Translations under genes and position numbers: made by a program
Part shown: positions 41,310 through 49,972 of the stretch, piece after piece
Position numbering within the stretch: the stretch's first letter is position 1
Layout of the letters: each line of letters begins with the position of its first letter
Source: Steroidobacteraceae bacterium
Lineage (GTDB): Bacteria > Pseudomonadota > Gammaproteobacteria > Steroidobacterales > Steroidobacteraceae
Direction: 5' to 3'
Length of the DNA stretch: 64,000 bases
Assembly: GCA_036263775.1 (NCBI GenBank)
Contig: DATATA010000074.1
Span: 6,782 to 70,781, forward strand
The notes under the pieces: model-generated
What the model saw: only the letters and a program-made list of their open reading frames with translations
Told to the model about the DNA's origin: nothing
Database searches by the model: none

Positions 41310-42192
41310 CGTCGCGCACCATGGCGGCCTTTACTTCCGCGAGCTGCTGCCGGTCGGTGATGCGCGTTCCGTACACCGCCTTCAGGAACGATTCGTCCCA
41401 AGCGGTCACGCTGGGGGGAGCCTTGCCGGTGTCCGCGAATAGATTGAGGATCGAGGGCGCTTCGGCCACATTCGCCTCGGGTCGAATTTGGGCGAGTCCG
41501 ATCATTGCGACATAGGCCGCTACTTGACCAAATGAGACTCCCTTCATGCGCCGCGTATCTATGATCGCCAAGACCGAAGAGAGCACGCGATAGGAATTAA
41601 CCTCGAGGCGGGTTGCGCGAGCGCTCTGGTCCACGCGGCCTTCGGTGTTACCAAGCGGCGTTCCATCCAACTCGTAGTATTGGGCGTTGTACCAGACGCG
41701 AATCGGGCGGGATGCGCTGAACTCGCGGATCTTCGTTCCGCCCTGGTCGGCCTCGTCGCCGAACATGCGTACGTCGCGCTTGCTCCACGCCTTGATCATG
41801 GCCTCGGGATCCGAGGTCACGACAATGAAGAAATTGCCCTTGCAATGCTCAGGCGCGAGCGGTGCGCCGGCCGCGGCGGCGATTTTCGAGACTCGTGACA
41901 AAATGTACTCGCCATCCTTGCCCGGCAGGCCGGCCACCAACGGACAGAATGGAATCTGCAACTGCCACCGAGCCAGCGATTGGTCGCCGGGCTTGACCGC
42001 GATTGCGTTGACGAATGATCCGATCTCACGTTCGACTGCCGCGCGGTCCTTCGGCGCGACGACGGTCGTCGAGTCGATCTTCGGGTCCTCCGCCGCGGCG
42101 GTAAAGGCCGGCAACGCAAGCGTCAGCGCCACGAGAGAGTTCCGCAGAGCGAGTCGTTTCAACCAACCTGCCGGCAATGTTCGCTTTGTCAT
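41299..42192 (-). CDS. Secreted hypothetical protein
   Basis: Signal peptide (LVALTLALPAFTAAAED). No recognised domain. Confidence 0.45.
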   Translation of the reverse strand: MTKRTLPAGWLKRLALRNSLVALTLALPAFTAAAEDPKIDSTTVVAPKDRAAVEREIGSFVNAIAVKPGDQSLARWQLQIPFCPLVAGLPGKDGEYILSRVSKIAAAAGAPLAPEHCKGNFFIVVTSDPEAMIKAWSKRDVRMFGDEADQGGTKIREFSASRPIRVWYNAQYYELDGTPLGNTEGRVDQSARATRLEVNSYRVLSSVLAIIDTRRMKGVSFGQVAAYVAMIGLAQIRPEANVAEAPSILNLFADTGKAPPSVTAWDESFLKAVYGTRITDRQQLAEVKAAMVRDVAP

Positions 42193-42281
42193 GTTGCCTT
42201 CCTCAATGGAAGGGTCCCAACAATCGGCATGCCGGTCAAGCTCCGTTGGCGCGCGCGAATTCTATTTGCGTTGCTTCTGTT

Positions 42282-42875
42282 TTAGTTCTTCCGCGCTATC
42301 GGCCCGGAATTGCGGTGATGAGGCATCGGCCGGTGATGCGAGTGTTCGGGGCGACGCCGCGGTATAAAGCCGACGCCGCGAACGATCGCGTAAGAGTCGC
42401 CGACGGATTCCGCGCTTGTTTGGTCCGAATAGGGCTCTTGATCCGAGCTATCCGATTCTGCGTAGGCCGGCTCAGGCGCAAAAGTGCGGGCGTAATGTAT
42501 TGTAGGTGCCGGATTCATCGTATTGATTGGGGCAATTTCCAGCAGCGTGGATTTGTCGCCGCAGGGGTTGTTCGAGAAAGTCTTGACACCCTTTGTCGTG
42601 CATTCCCAAACTTGGCCGCTTGGTGCAGACGACTCAGGCGCGGCTTGCGCCTGCACAGCAGACTGCGGCGCCGCTATATCGGGTTCCGCTGCGGGTCCGG
42701 CGACAGCAGCCTCACCGACAAGAGGCGGTGCCGCAGGCGACGATGTCGTGGCCGAGGGTGCGGGCGCTGCAGGCGGCTCGGACTTGTTGGACGATACCGC
42801 GGTAATGGCGACGGCAACGACGGTTGCGCATAGGGCGCCCAAAACCCAGGGAAGCAAATCGCGTTCCTTACTCAT
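42282..42875 (-). CDS. DUF4124-like periplasmic protein with a Pro/Ala-rich linker
   Basis: N-terminal TM/signal anchor, low-complexity PA-rich stretch, then VWECTTKGVKTFSNNPC, typical of DUF4124. Confidence 0.55.
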   Translation of the reverse strand: MSKERDLLPWVLGALCATVVAVAITAVSSNKSEPPAAPAPSATTSSPAAPPLVGEAAVAGPAAEPDIAAPQSAVQAQAAPESSAPSGQVWECTTKGVKTFSNNPCGDKSTLLEIAPINTMNPAPTIHYARTFAPEPAYAESDSSDQEPYSDQTSAESVGDSYAIVRGVGFIPRRRPEHSHHRPMPHHRNSGPIARKN

Positions 42876-43118
42876 GCGGCCATTATCCTCCGCAGCGCGG
42901 GGCGATGAAATGAATAACAGCCAACTTTATGGGCGCGCCGAAACCGTACGATGGATGGCGCCGATAATTCTAGTAAAATCCATATATAGTATGTATATAC
43001 CTGATATTTACATGGTTATCGGCATTTATTCTCGTGGATTGCCGAGTGTCGACGAGATTAAGTAATCACGGCCCGAGTGAGATTCGGACACGCCGGTGCC
43101 CCATGTTAGATTGCCCTC

Positions 43119-44516
43119 ATGACGACCCTTAACAGTCCTGTTTCCGCGCCGGTCCTGCCCGCGCCCGTGCCGCGCCAGCGCCGCCTCAGCTTCTTTGAGT
43201 TTGTTCGTGCGTTGCGCGAGAGCGCGATCGAATCCTTTGCTCAGGAGGCGTACGAGCAGGACATCCTGGAACGAAAAATGTTTGGGCGGCGATTGTTCCT
43301 GGTCAACGATCCGGCGGCCATCAAGCGTGTGCTCATCGACAACGCCGCGAACTATCAAAAGACGGAAATCACTCGCCGCATCCTCGAACCCGGGTTGGGG
43401 AAGGGTCTCATTACCTCGGAAGGCGAGACCTGGCGGCAGCATCGCCGTGCGATGTCGCCGGCCTTTGATCATCGCAGCGTTGCGGCCTACACGCCCATCA
43501 TGACAGGCGCGGCCGAGGAACTGCTGGCTGAATGGGCAAAGGTTCCCGCCGCTACCGGGATCGATGTGTCCACCGCAATGATGCAAGTCACGCTCAACAT
43601 CATTTCCCGCACCATGTTTTCGAGCGATTCGGACGACATCGTCACCATCATGGGCCGCAGCGCAGGACGTTACCAAGCGGAGATGCGGCCGAACATCATG
43701 GATATGCTGGGCTGGCCCCGATGGCTGGCTGCCTGGCCGCGCAGACACGTCGCGCAACGCACGCTCGGCGAGTTCGACCAGGTGATCGATCGGCTAATCG
43801 AAGAGCGCACGCGGGACCCCGGCGCCTATCCCAAAGACCTGCTCGCCAGATTGGTCGCAGCCCGCGACGAGCAAACCGGCGGCGGCATGACGGCGCAAGA
43901 AGTGCGCGACCATGTCATCACTATTTTTCTCGCGGGCCACGAGACCACGGCCATGGCCATGACGTGGACCTGGTTCCTGTTGTCGCAGCATCCGGTCGAG
44001 GAAGCGAGACTGCATGCCGAACTCGATTCGGTGCTGGGCGGCCGCGCGCCCACCCACGATGACTTGAACAAGCTCACTTACTCGCGCATGGTGGTCGAGG
44101 AATCGATGCGCATATATCCGCCCGTACACACCATCGCTCGGGCAGCGATCGGCGAGGACACGTTGGTCGGCCGGCGCATCCCCAAAGGCTCGACCGTGAT
44201 GATTGCTCCCTGGCTGCTCCACCGGCATGTCAAGCTTTGGGAGAATCCCGGACGGTTCGATCCCGAGCGCTTTTCACCCGAACGCTCGGCGGCACGCGCG
44301 CGCTTTTCGTACCTGCCATTCGGCGGCGGCAAACGCATTTGCATCGGTGCGGCTTTCGCCCTGGCTGAAGCCACCATCCTGCTGGCGACCCTTGCGCAGC
44401 GCTTTACCCTTCGGGTCGTCCCGGGGCATCCGGTCGAGCCTCAGGGCTTGATCACGCTCCGTGCCCGCCACGGCATGAAAATGTTCCTTGCGCCGCGGCT
44501 CGGATCGCGAATTTAG
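43119..44516 (+). CDS. Cytochrome P450
   Basis: Heme-binding loop FGGGKRICIGAAFA, ExxR (EESMR), and I-helix AGHETTA. Confidence 0.9.
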   Translation: MTTLNSPVSAPVLPAPVPRQRRLSFFEFVRALRESAIESFAQEAYEQDILERKMFGRRLFLVNDPAAIKRVLIDNAANYQKTEITRRILEPGLGKGLITSEGETWRQHRRAMSPAFDHRSVAAYTPIMTGAAEELLAEWAKVPAATGIDVSTAMMQVTLNIISRTMFSSDSDDIVTIMGRSAGRYQAEMRPNIMDMLGWPRWLAAWPRRHVAQRTLGEFDQVIDRLIEERTRDPGAYPKDLLARLVAARDEQTGGGMTAQEVRDHVITIFLAGHETTAMAMTWTWFLLSQHPVEEARLHAELDSVLGGRAPTHDDLNKLTYSRMVVEESMRIYPPVHTIARAAIGEDTLVGRRIPKGSTVMIAPWLLHRHVKLWENPGRFDPERFSPERSAARARFSYLPFGGGKRICIGAAFALAEATILLATLAQRFTLRVVPGHPVEPQGLITLRARHGMKMFLAPRLGSRI

Positions 44517-44626
44517 TGAGGTACCGCTCTGATATGGAACCACAATATATTCAGGTAGTTACGTAAAGTATCCGGCTTCGGCGCCCAAACAGAGGCGCAG
44601 TTTTTAAAAAGCCGGCTTGCCCCCCT

Positions 44627-44866
44627 GCCCGCAGGTGCTATTCTGGCTCTCGAACCTTCCCCGCAGCCGAGCCCCAGGGCGCCCCAAAGCCGCTCCGGTT
44701 CGGAGCCGATGAAAAATATCGGCGACTGTGAGGAATCTTTTCCCCGACAACGGGGTCTGACAGGTTCGCAAGCCTTCTGGGCTAGGTTCAGTTGCGCTCG
44801 GGTTAGTCCAAAGTCCAAGCGCGATCGATGGCGGGCTACGCGGTGATCCGCGTAGCCCGTTTTTTC
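44627..44866 (+). ncRNA. Candidate structured small RNA (family unassigned), ending in an intrinsic terminator
   Basis: Nested long-range helices. 44627-44635 pairs with 44775-44782 (one G-U wobble and one mismatch, with G44635 left unpaired). 44645-44656 pairs with 44763-44774. 44657-44666 pairs with 44726-44735 (includes a G-U). Local hairpins: GCTCCG-GTT-CGGAGC, CCGAT-GAAAAAT-ATCGG, CCCCG-ACAA-CGGGG. No credible ORF in the 384-nt gap. Terminator at the 3' end. Confidence 0.4.
44833..44866 (+). terminator. Rho-independent terminator
   Basis: Perfect 11-bp stem GGGCTACGCGG / CCGCGTAGCCC with loop TGAT, followed by G and TTTTTT. Confidence 0.8.
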
Positions 44867-44900
44867 TTGTGCGCACGCATTGTGATACACCGTCGCGAGC

Positions 44901-45554
44901 ATGAATCCGATTTTTGATGCCGACTGCAGACGCTGCCCGCGTCTCGCGGCGTTCTTGGACGCCGTTCACGTCGAGGAACCGAGCTATTACTGCCGCCCCG
45001 TGCCCCCCTTCGGCGACCCGCGTGCGCGCCTGGTGTTGGTGGGCTTGGCCCCAGGCATGCACGGCGCGAACCGCACCGGCCGGCCCTTTACGGGTGATCA
45101 CGCCGGCATACTGCTTTACCGCACGCTGTATAAATTTGGACTGGCCTCAGGCCCCGAATCGCTCGCCGCGGACGATGGGCTCAAGTTGATCGACGCACGG
45201 ATCACCAATTCGGTGAAGTGCCTGCCGCCGGCAAACAAACCGCTTCCCGCGGAGGTCAAGGAGTGCAACGCGTACTTGCGTACGGAGCTCGAAGCGAGCG
45301 TTGACGCGCGTGTCTTTCTGGCGCTGGGGGCGGTCGCGCATGGGGCGGTACTGCGCGCGTTTGACCTGGCGAGCGCGCACTTTCGCTTCGCTCATGGTGC
45401 GCAACACGAGATCGGAAATCGCCGGGTGCTGCTGGACTCTTACCATTGCAGCCGCTACAACACCCAGACTCGGCGCTTAACGACGCCCATGTTCGAAGCC
45501 GTCATCGAAAAGGCGCGTGAGCTGGCCTTCGGCGCCGGCGGCAGCCATGAATAG
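44901..45554 (+). CDS. Uracil-DNA glycosylase, Fe-S containing, family 4/5 (UdgB-like)
   Basis: CRRCPRL cluster cysteines, GLAPGMHGANRTGRPFTGD motif, and the C-terminal HCSRYN motif. Confidence 0.8.
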   Translation: MNPIFDADCRRCPRLAAFLDAVHVEEPSYYCRPVPPFGDPRARLVLVGLAPGMHGANRTGRPFTGDHAGILLYRTLYKFGLASGPESLAADDGLKLIDARITNSVKCLPPANKPLPAEVKECNAYLRTELEASVDARVFLALGAVAHGAVLRAFDLASAHFRFAHGAQHEIGNRRVLLDSYHCSRYNTQTRRLTTPMFEAVIEKARELAFGAGGSHE

Positions 45555-47397
45555 CCCCGAGCCTGCGTCCGTGGAATCGATGCTGCGCTTTGATCCCAAA
45601 GTGTTCGTCGATAGTTTGCCCGGCCGCCCGGGTGTCTATCGGATGCTGGATGGCGAGGGCCAGATTCTTTACGTCGGCAAGGCCCGCAACCTCAAGAGCC
45701 GCGTTGGGTCCTATTTTCAGCCGAGCAATGTTCAGCCGAAGGTCCAGGCGCTGGTCGCCAAGACGGCCAATATGGAAGTCACGATCACGAATTCCGATAC
45801 GGAAGCGCTGCTGCTCGAATACAACCTCATCAAGAAGCACCGACCGCGCTTCAACGTGGTGTTGCGCGACGATAAGAGTTTCCCGTACCTGCATCTGGAA
45901 ACTCGGCATGAATTTCCACGCTTGAACTTCTATCGCGGATCACGCAAGGAGCCCGGAAAATATTTCGGGCCCTATCCGTCGGCCGGGGCCGTGCGCGACA
46001 CGCTGCAACAGCTGCAAAAGCTGTTCCGCATCCGCAACTGCGATGATGCGTACTTCGCGAATCGTTCGCGGCCCTGCCTGCAATATCAGATCCAGCGCTG
46101 CACCGCTCCCTGCGTCGGCCTGGTTTCCAAAGAGACCTATGCGCGTGACGTGAGTACGGCCATCAAAGTGCTGGAAGGCCGCAATGACGAAGTCGGCGAA
46201 GATCTGGGCCGGCGAATGGACGCGGCGGCTGCACGATTGGACTTCGAAGAGGCCGCGCGGCTGCGCGACCAGCTTGCCAAACTCAAGGTCATTCAAGCGC
46301 AGCAGATCGTGACCGCAGGGGCCGACCATGACGCCGATGTCATCGCGATTGCCGCCGCGAACGGCGAGTATTGCGTGGCGCTCATGTTCGTGCGCGCCGG
46401 CCGCAGCCTGGGCAGCACGACCTTTTTCCCAAAGGCCCCGTTTGCGGAGCTGCCCGAGGTGCTGGCGGCATTCGTCATGCAATACTACTTGGAGCGCGAC
46501 GCGCCGGCAGAGATCATCGTCGAGCAGGACTTCGACGAAATGCAGTTGCTGGAAACCACGTTGGCCGACCGCCTGTCCCATAAGGTGCGCATCGTCGCGT
46601 CGGTTCGCGGCATCCGCGCGCGATGGCTGGAAATGGTGCACAACAACGCCGAGCAAGCGCTCACCATGCGGCGCCTGGCGCGCGCGGGAATTGAATCCAG
46701 CTTGGAGGACCTGCGCGAGGCTTTCGACCTGGAGGAATCGCCGGGTCGGCTGGAGTGCTTCGACATCAGCCATACGGGCGGCACGGACACGGTCGCCTCG
46801 TGCGTCGTGTTCGGCGTCGAGGGGCCGCTGAAGAGCGATTATCGGCGCTTTAATATCAGCGGAATCCAGCCGGGTGACGATTACGCGGCCATGTACCAGG
46901 CGTTGACGCGGCGCTACAAGCGGGTGCGCGACGGCGAGATCGTGAAGCCAGACGTGCTGCTGATCGACGGCGGCAAGGGACAGCGGGCGGAGGCGGCCAA
47001 GGTTCTCGAAGAGCTGGGAATAGGGGGCATAACGCTGATCGGCGTCGCCAAAGGCGCTGACCGGCGTGCCGGGCAGGAACAGCTGTTCTTGTTGGGCCAG
47101 GACACGCCCACTATACTGCCGCCGGACTCACGTGCATTGCACTTGATTCAACGCGTGCGCGACGAAGCGCATCGATTTGCGATCGCAGGACACCGGCGAA
47201 AACGCGCCAAACGGCATAGTCAGTCGATCCTGGAAACCATCCCGGGGTTGGGACCGGTCAAACGGCGCGAGCTGCTGAAGCAATTCGGCGGCCTTCAAGG
47301 GATACTGCGTGCCGGCATCGATGATTTCGTACAAATTCGCGGCCTCGGGCGCGAACTCGCTCAGGTGATCTATGAACACCTCCATCCCGGACGCTAA
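45547..47397 (+). CDS. uvrC: Excinuclease ABC subunit C
   Basis: GIY-YIG (PGVYRMLD...ILYVGKARNLKSRV), UVR domain (FEEAARLRDQL), and a C-terminal HhH. The ATG at 45547 overlaps the upstream gene end. Confidence 0.92.
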   Translation: MNSPEPASVESMLRFDPKVFVDSLPGRPGVYRMLDGEGQILYVGKARNLKSRVGSYFQPSNVQPKVQALVAKTANMEVTITNSDTEALLLEYNLIKKHRPRFNVVLRDDKSFPYLHLETRHEFPRLNFYRGSRKEPGKYFGPYPSAGAVRDTLQQLQKLFRIRNCDDAYFANRSRPCLQYQIQRCTAPCVGLVSKETYARDVSTAIKVLEGRNDEVGEDLGRRMDAAAARLDFEEAARLRDQLAKLKVIQAQQIVTAGADHDADVIAIAAANGEYCVALMFVRAGRSLGSTTFFPKAPFAELPEVLAAFVMQYYLERDAPAEIIVEQDFDEMQLLETTLADRLSHKVRIVASVRGIRARWLEMVHNNAEQALTMRRLARAGIESSLEDLREAFDLEESPGRLECFDISHTGGTDTVASCVVFGVEGPLKSDYRRFNISGIQPGDDYAAMYQALTRRYKRVRDGEIVKPDVLLIDGGKGQRAEAAKVLEELGIGGITLIGVAKGADRRAGQEQLFLLGQDTPTILPPDSRALHLIQRVRDEAHRFAIAGHRRKRAKRHSQSILETIPGLGPVKRRELLKQFGGLQGILRAGIDDFVQIRGLGRELAQVIYEHLHPGR

Positions 47398-47971
47398 ACC
47401 CAAATCTCACCTGAATCTGCCGAACACGCTGACGTGGTTGCGCATATTGATGATTCCCGGCGTGGCGATTCTGTTCTACCTGCCGTTTTGGTGGGCGCAC
47501 CCCGCGGCCGGCATCGGCTTCGCGCTGGCCGGCATTACCGACACGTTGGACGGCTATTTCGCGCGCAAGCTCGGATTGACCTCCCGCCTCGGAGCGTTTC
47601 TCGATCCCGTCGCAGACAAATTGATCGTGGCCGCCGCGCTGGTGCTGATCGTCAGCGACGACCCGCGCTGGTTTGTCGTGATCATGGCGATCGTCATCAT
47701 CGGCCGTGAAATAGCGGTCTCGGCGCTGCGCGAATGGATGGCCGAAATCGGTGCGCGCGGCCGGATCAAGGTGTCGCAGTTGGCCAAATACAAAACCATC
47801 ATGCAGATAACGGGACTGTCGATGATGTTGTTTCATCATCAGTTGCTCGGCATCGCAATTTATAAGCTCGGCGTGGTGTTGACCGCCGTCGCAGCGGTGC
47901 TCACGCTTTGGTCGATGATTCTTTATTTGCGCCTGGCGTGGCCCGAGCTGCGGGACAGTTCGCGGCTGTAG
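47372..47971 (+). CDS. pgsA: CDP-diacylglycerol--glycerol-3-phosphate 3-phosphatidyltransferase
   Basis: NLPNTLTWLRI and the CDP-alcohol motif DTLDGYFARKLGLTSRLGAFLDPVADK. Downstream of uvrC, as in E. coli. Confidence 0.9.
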   Translation: MNTSIPDAKPKSHLNLPNTLTWLRILMIPGVAILFYLPFWWAHPAAGIGFALAGITDTLDGYFARKLGLTSRLGAFLDPVADKLIVAAALVLIVSDDPRWFVVIMAIVIIGREIAVSALREWMAEIGARGRIKVSQLAKYKTIMQITGLSMMLFHHQLLGIAIYKLGVVLTAVAAVLTLWSMILYLRLAWPELRDSSRL

Positions 47972-48060
47972 CCGCCGCCGGCGCTTCGTGCGCGGCTCGG
48001 CAGCTTCGAGAAAAAGCCGGTGTGTTCAAGGCGTTAGCGGCATCATTCGCCGACTTCTCC

Positions 48061-48088
48061 TTGACTATCAGCGGGACGGCCCTACAAT
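48061..48088 (+). promoter_or_regulatory. Sigma-70 type promoter for tRNA-Gly
   Basis: TTGACT (48061-48066), a 16-nt spacer, then TACAAT (48083-48088), followed by a GC-rich discriminator (TGCGCC) about 18 nt upstream of the tRNA 5' end. Confidence 0.55.
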
Positions 48089-48105
48089 TGCGCCTCTGTT
48101 TAAGG

Positions 48106-48181
48106 GCGGGAATAGCTCAGTTGGTAGAGCGCAACCTTGCCAAGGTTGAGGTCGCGAGTTCGAGCCTCGTTTCCCGCTCCA
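48106..48181 (+). tRNA. tRNA-Gly (anticodon GCC)
   Basis: 76-nt cloverleaf, with acceptor GCGGGAA/TTCCCGC, D-loop AGCTCAGTTGGTAGAGC, anticodon loop CTTGCCAAG, T-arm GCGAGTTCGAGCCTCGT and an encoded CCA. Confidence 0.95.
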
Positions 48182-48193
48182 AATTTTGCGCTG

Positions 48194-48733
48194 CTAAAGC
48201 GTTAGCGCTCCAAGCTCAGTGAGCGCCTGGCGAATGTTTTCCCGGGCGGCACCCTCGTTCGCCAAGCGCAACCGCTCGACTCCCGCGAAAGCCTGCCCGG
48301 CGGTTGCCGTGTGTTCACTATTGATGTCCTTTGTCCACACCGTGCTGCCGGACTTCGTATCTTTCAATGCGTAGCTGACTTCCATCTTTACGGTGAACGA
48401 AAATCCAAATGTCGGCTGGTCCACCTTGCCGATGAACGCCGTCAGCCGATAACGGGCACCGTCCGCCGCCACGCTGCTGAAAAGGCCGGCTTTCTGAATC
48501 GAGTCACGCAGCGCTTGTGCGAAAGCGTCATTCGAGATCTGCGATGCACCCATCTTGGAGGTCTCTTTGCCGCCGGACACCGCGATCGATACGTCCCCGT
48601 CCACCTTATGCACCGGCGCTACGATTTGCGCCACCATCGCATCCGGCTTCGATCCGGACGCGCAGCCGCCGACCAACAACGCCGCCAGGAATAGGGCCGC
48701 AAGCACAGGTTTGTTGTTGATTGCTATTTTCAT
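48194..48733 (-). CDS. Putative lipoprotein, hypothetical
   Basis: Signal peptide with lipobox LLVGGC. No recognised domain. Confidence 0.6.
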   Translation of the reverse strand: MKIAINNKPVLAALFLAALLVGGCASGSKPDAMVAQIVAPVHKVDGDVSIAVSGGKETSKMGASQISNDAFAQALRDSIQKAGLFSSVAADGARYRLTAFIGKVDQPTFGFSFTVKMEVSYALKDTKSGSTVWTKDINSEHTATAGQAFAGVERLRLANEGAARENIRQALTELGALTL

Positions 48734-49149
48734 TTGAGTATCTCCCCGAGGACTTCCTGGACCATGGCTTCCGGTGATTTGCGCTGCAACGACGGACGCA
48801 TTGACTGGGCTCTTGCAATGACTGCGCCGGATTCGCCGTCATGAAGCTGCACATCGAGCTTGATCATGTACATGGTGATGTCCCACATCCAGCGATCCTG
48901 ATAGGTGATGATCGCATCGACGCGGCTTGCCGGTTGCGGCGCTTCGCCGCAACTCGCGCTATAGCCCAAGCCCGTTAAACGGCCGGCGATCAGCTTGTCG
49001 ATGGCATGGTCATCGCCCGCTTCCTGCGCCACGTAGAAGGACTTGAGTCCCTTGATATTCGCGTCGGGCGCTTTGGCCGATTCCAAACTCGCGCAAGCCG
49101 GCAGCAAAAGCGCCATGCAGGCAATGCCAGCCAAGGGGGATCTGTTCAC
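48730..49149 (-). CDS. Putative lipoprotein, hypothetical
   Basis: Lipobox LLPAC. A GTG at 49149 is preceded by AGGGAAG. The ORF is open up to 49215, so the start is uncertain. The stop overlaps the start of the downstream lipoprotein gene. Confidence 0.55.
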   Translation of the reverse strand: MNRSPLAGIACMALLLPACASLESAKAPDANIKGLKSFYVAQEAGDDHAIDKLIAGRLTGLGYSASCGEAPQPASRVDAIITYQDRWMWDITMYMIKLDVQLHDGESGAVIARAQSMRPSLQRKSPEAMVQEVLGEILK

Positions 49150-49325
49150 GGTAACTTCCCTGTTTTCTTGAGTATTTATCCGCGGCGGGAGATTGTACTG
49201 CAACTCGTAGGCCACATGTAGTGGTGTCTACCAGCACGAAGCGGATTGAGTGCCATCGCCTGAGCGGATGAGCTAAACTTGCTGCGGAAACCCCGGCCCG
49301 TCCGGGGTTACTATTTTCGACAATG

Positions 49326-49399
49326 GGCTAAGTGGCAGAGTGGTCATGCAGCGGCCTGCAAAGCCGTCTACGCCGGTTCGATTCCGACCTTAGCCTCCA
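49326..49399 (+). tRNA. tRNA-Cys (anticodon GCA)
   Basis: 74-nt cloverleaf, with acceptor GGCTAAG/CTTAGCC, anticodon loop CTGCAAA, T-loop TTCGATT and an encoded CCA. There is one C-A mismatch in the T-stem. Confidence 0.9.
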
Positions 49400-49434
49400 A
49401 TGAGTCCAATTGGCAGAAGCGCCCTGCATTGGCG

Positions 49435-49468
49435 CATAATTGCTTTGATCATCCAATTATTGTACTAT
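49435..49468 (+). promoter_or_regulatory. Candidate marR promoter with overlapping inverted-repeat operator
   Basis: TTGCTT (49440-49445), N17, TACTAT (49463-49468). An inverted repeat CATAATTG (49435-49442) / CAATTATTG (49454-49462) lies between the -35 and -10 elements. Confidence 0.35.
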
Positions 49469-49477
49469 GCAAGCATA

Positions 49478-49972
49478 ATGAGCAAAGCCAAACAACCATT
49501 TGAGGTGCCCGGGGACGGCAACGCAGAGGAACTTGCCGGCATGTTCGAGCGGATGATGCAGCAGTTGACCTTGCTGGGCCACACCCTGCCGACGTCCGCG
49601 ACATCCCTGACGCCGCAGCAGCTGAAAATTCTGTTCACGCTCGATTTTCTTGGTGAGCCGACGCCCATGTCAAAACTCTCGGCGCAACTCGGGGTCACGG
49701 CCGGGACCTTGACGAAGGTGGCGGGCGGCCTGGTTGCAAAGAACTACCTCGGCAGAAAGCGCTCGGAGGAGGACGACCGAATTGTGAATCTCTCCCTGAC
49801 CAAAGAAGGCCGCGGCATGGTCGAGCACATCAAGAAGTACCGGCGGCAGTTCTTCGGCGAAATTTGCTCCCGCCTGAGCGCCGCCGAGCGCCGCAGGCTG
49901 ATTGAGAGCCACCGGCATATTTTCGAGACTTACCGCAGGATTCTGCAGCAAAAGAAAGGATCAGGAGCGTGA
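49478..49972 (+). CDS. MarR-family transcriptional regulator
   Basis: Winged-helix region (LTPQQLKILFTLDFLGEPTPMSKLSAQLGVTAGTLTKVAGGLVAKNYLGRKRSEEDDR). Internal ATG at 49478, just after the tRNA. Confidence 0.8.
   Translation: MSKAKQPFEVPGDGNAEELAGMFERMMQQLTLLGHTLPTSATSLTPQQLKILFTLDFLGEPTPMSKLSAQLGVTAGTLTKVAGGLVAKNYLGRKRSEEDDRIVNLSLTKEGRGMVEHIKKYRRQFFGEICSRLSAAERRRLIESHRHIFETYRRILQQKKGSGA

Noticed and set aside
44572-44615. Terminator for the P450 gene (GCGCC-N8-GGCGC followed by TTTTT, nested in CCGGCTT/AAGCCGG)
   Set aside because: The stem is short (5 bp) with an 8-nt loop, and the T-run is immediately followed by an A-run. It could equally be part of the downstream RNA element or its promoter region. 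It is too weak to list as a feature.
44517-44900. Possibility that the structured intergenic element is tmRNA, SRP (4.5S) RNA, RNase P RNA or an Rsm-type sponge
   Set aside because: It has no tRNA-like 3' end or ...CCACCA (tmRNA). It lacks the GGAAGGAAGCAGCC-type helix 8 motif (SRP) and the GAGGAAAGTCCGG motif (RNase P). It has only a few GGA motifs (Rsm). Some short strings resemble E. coli 6S RNA, but too weakly to call. It is kept only as an unassigned candidate.
48182-49325. tRNA-associated genomic island
   Set aside because: There is no integrase, no direct repeat of the tRNA 3' end, and only two small lipoprotein genes. It is reported merely as a locus interruption.
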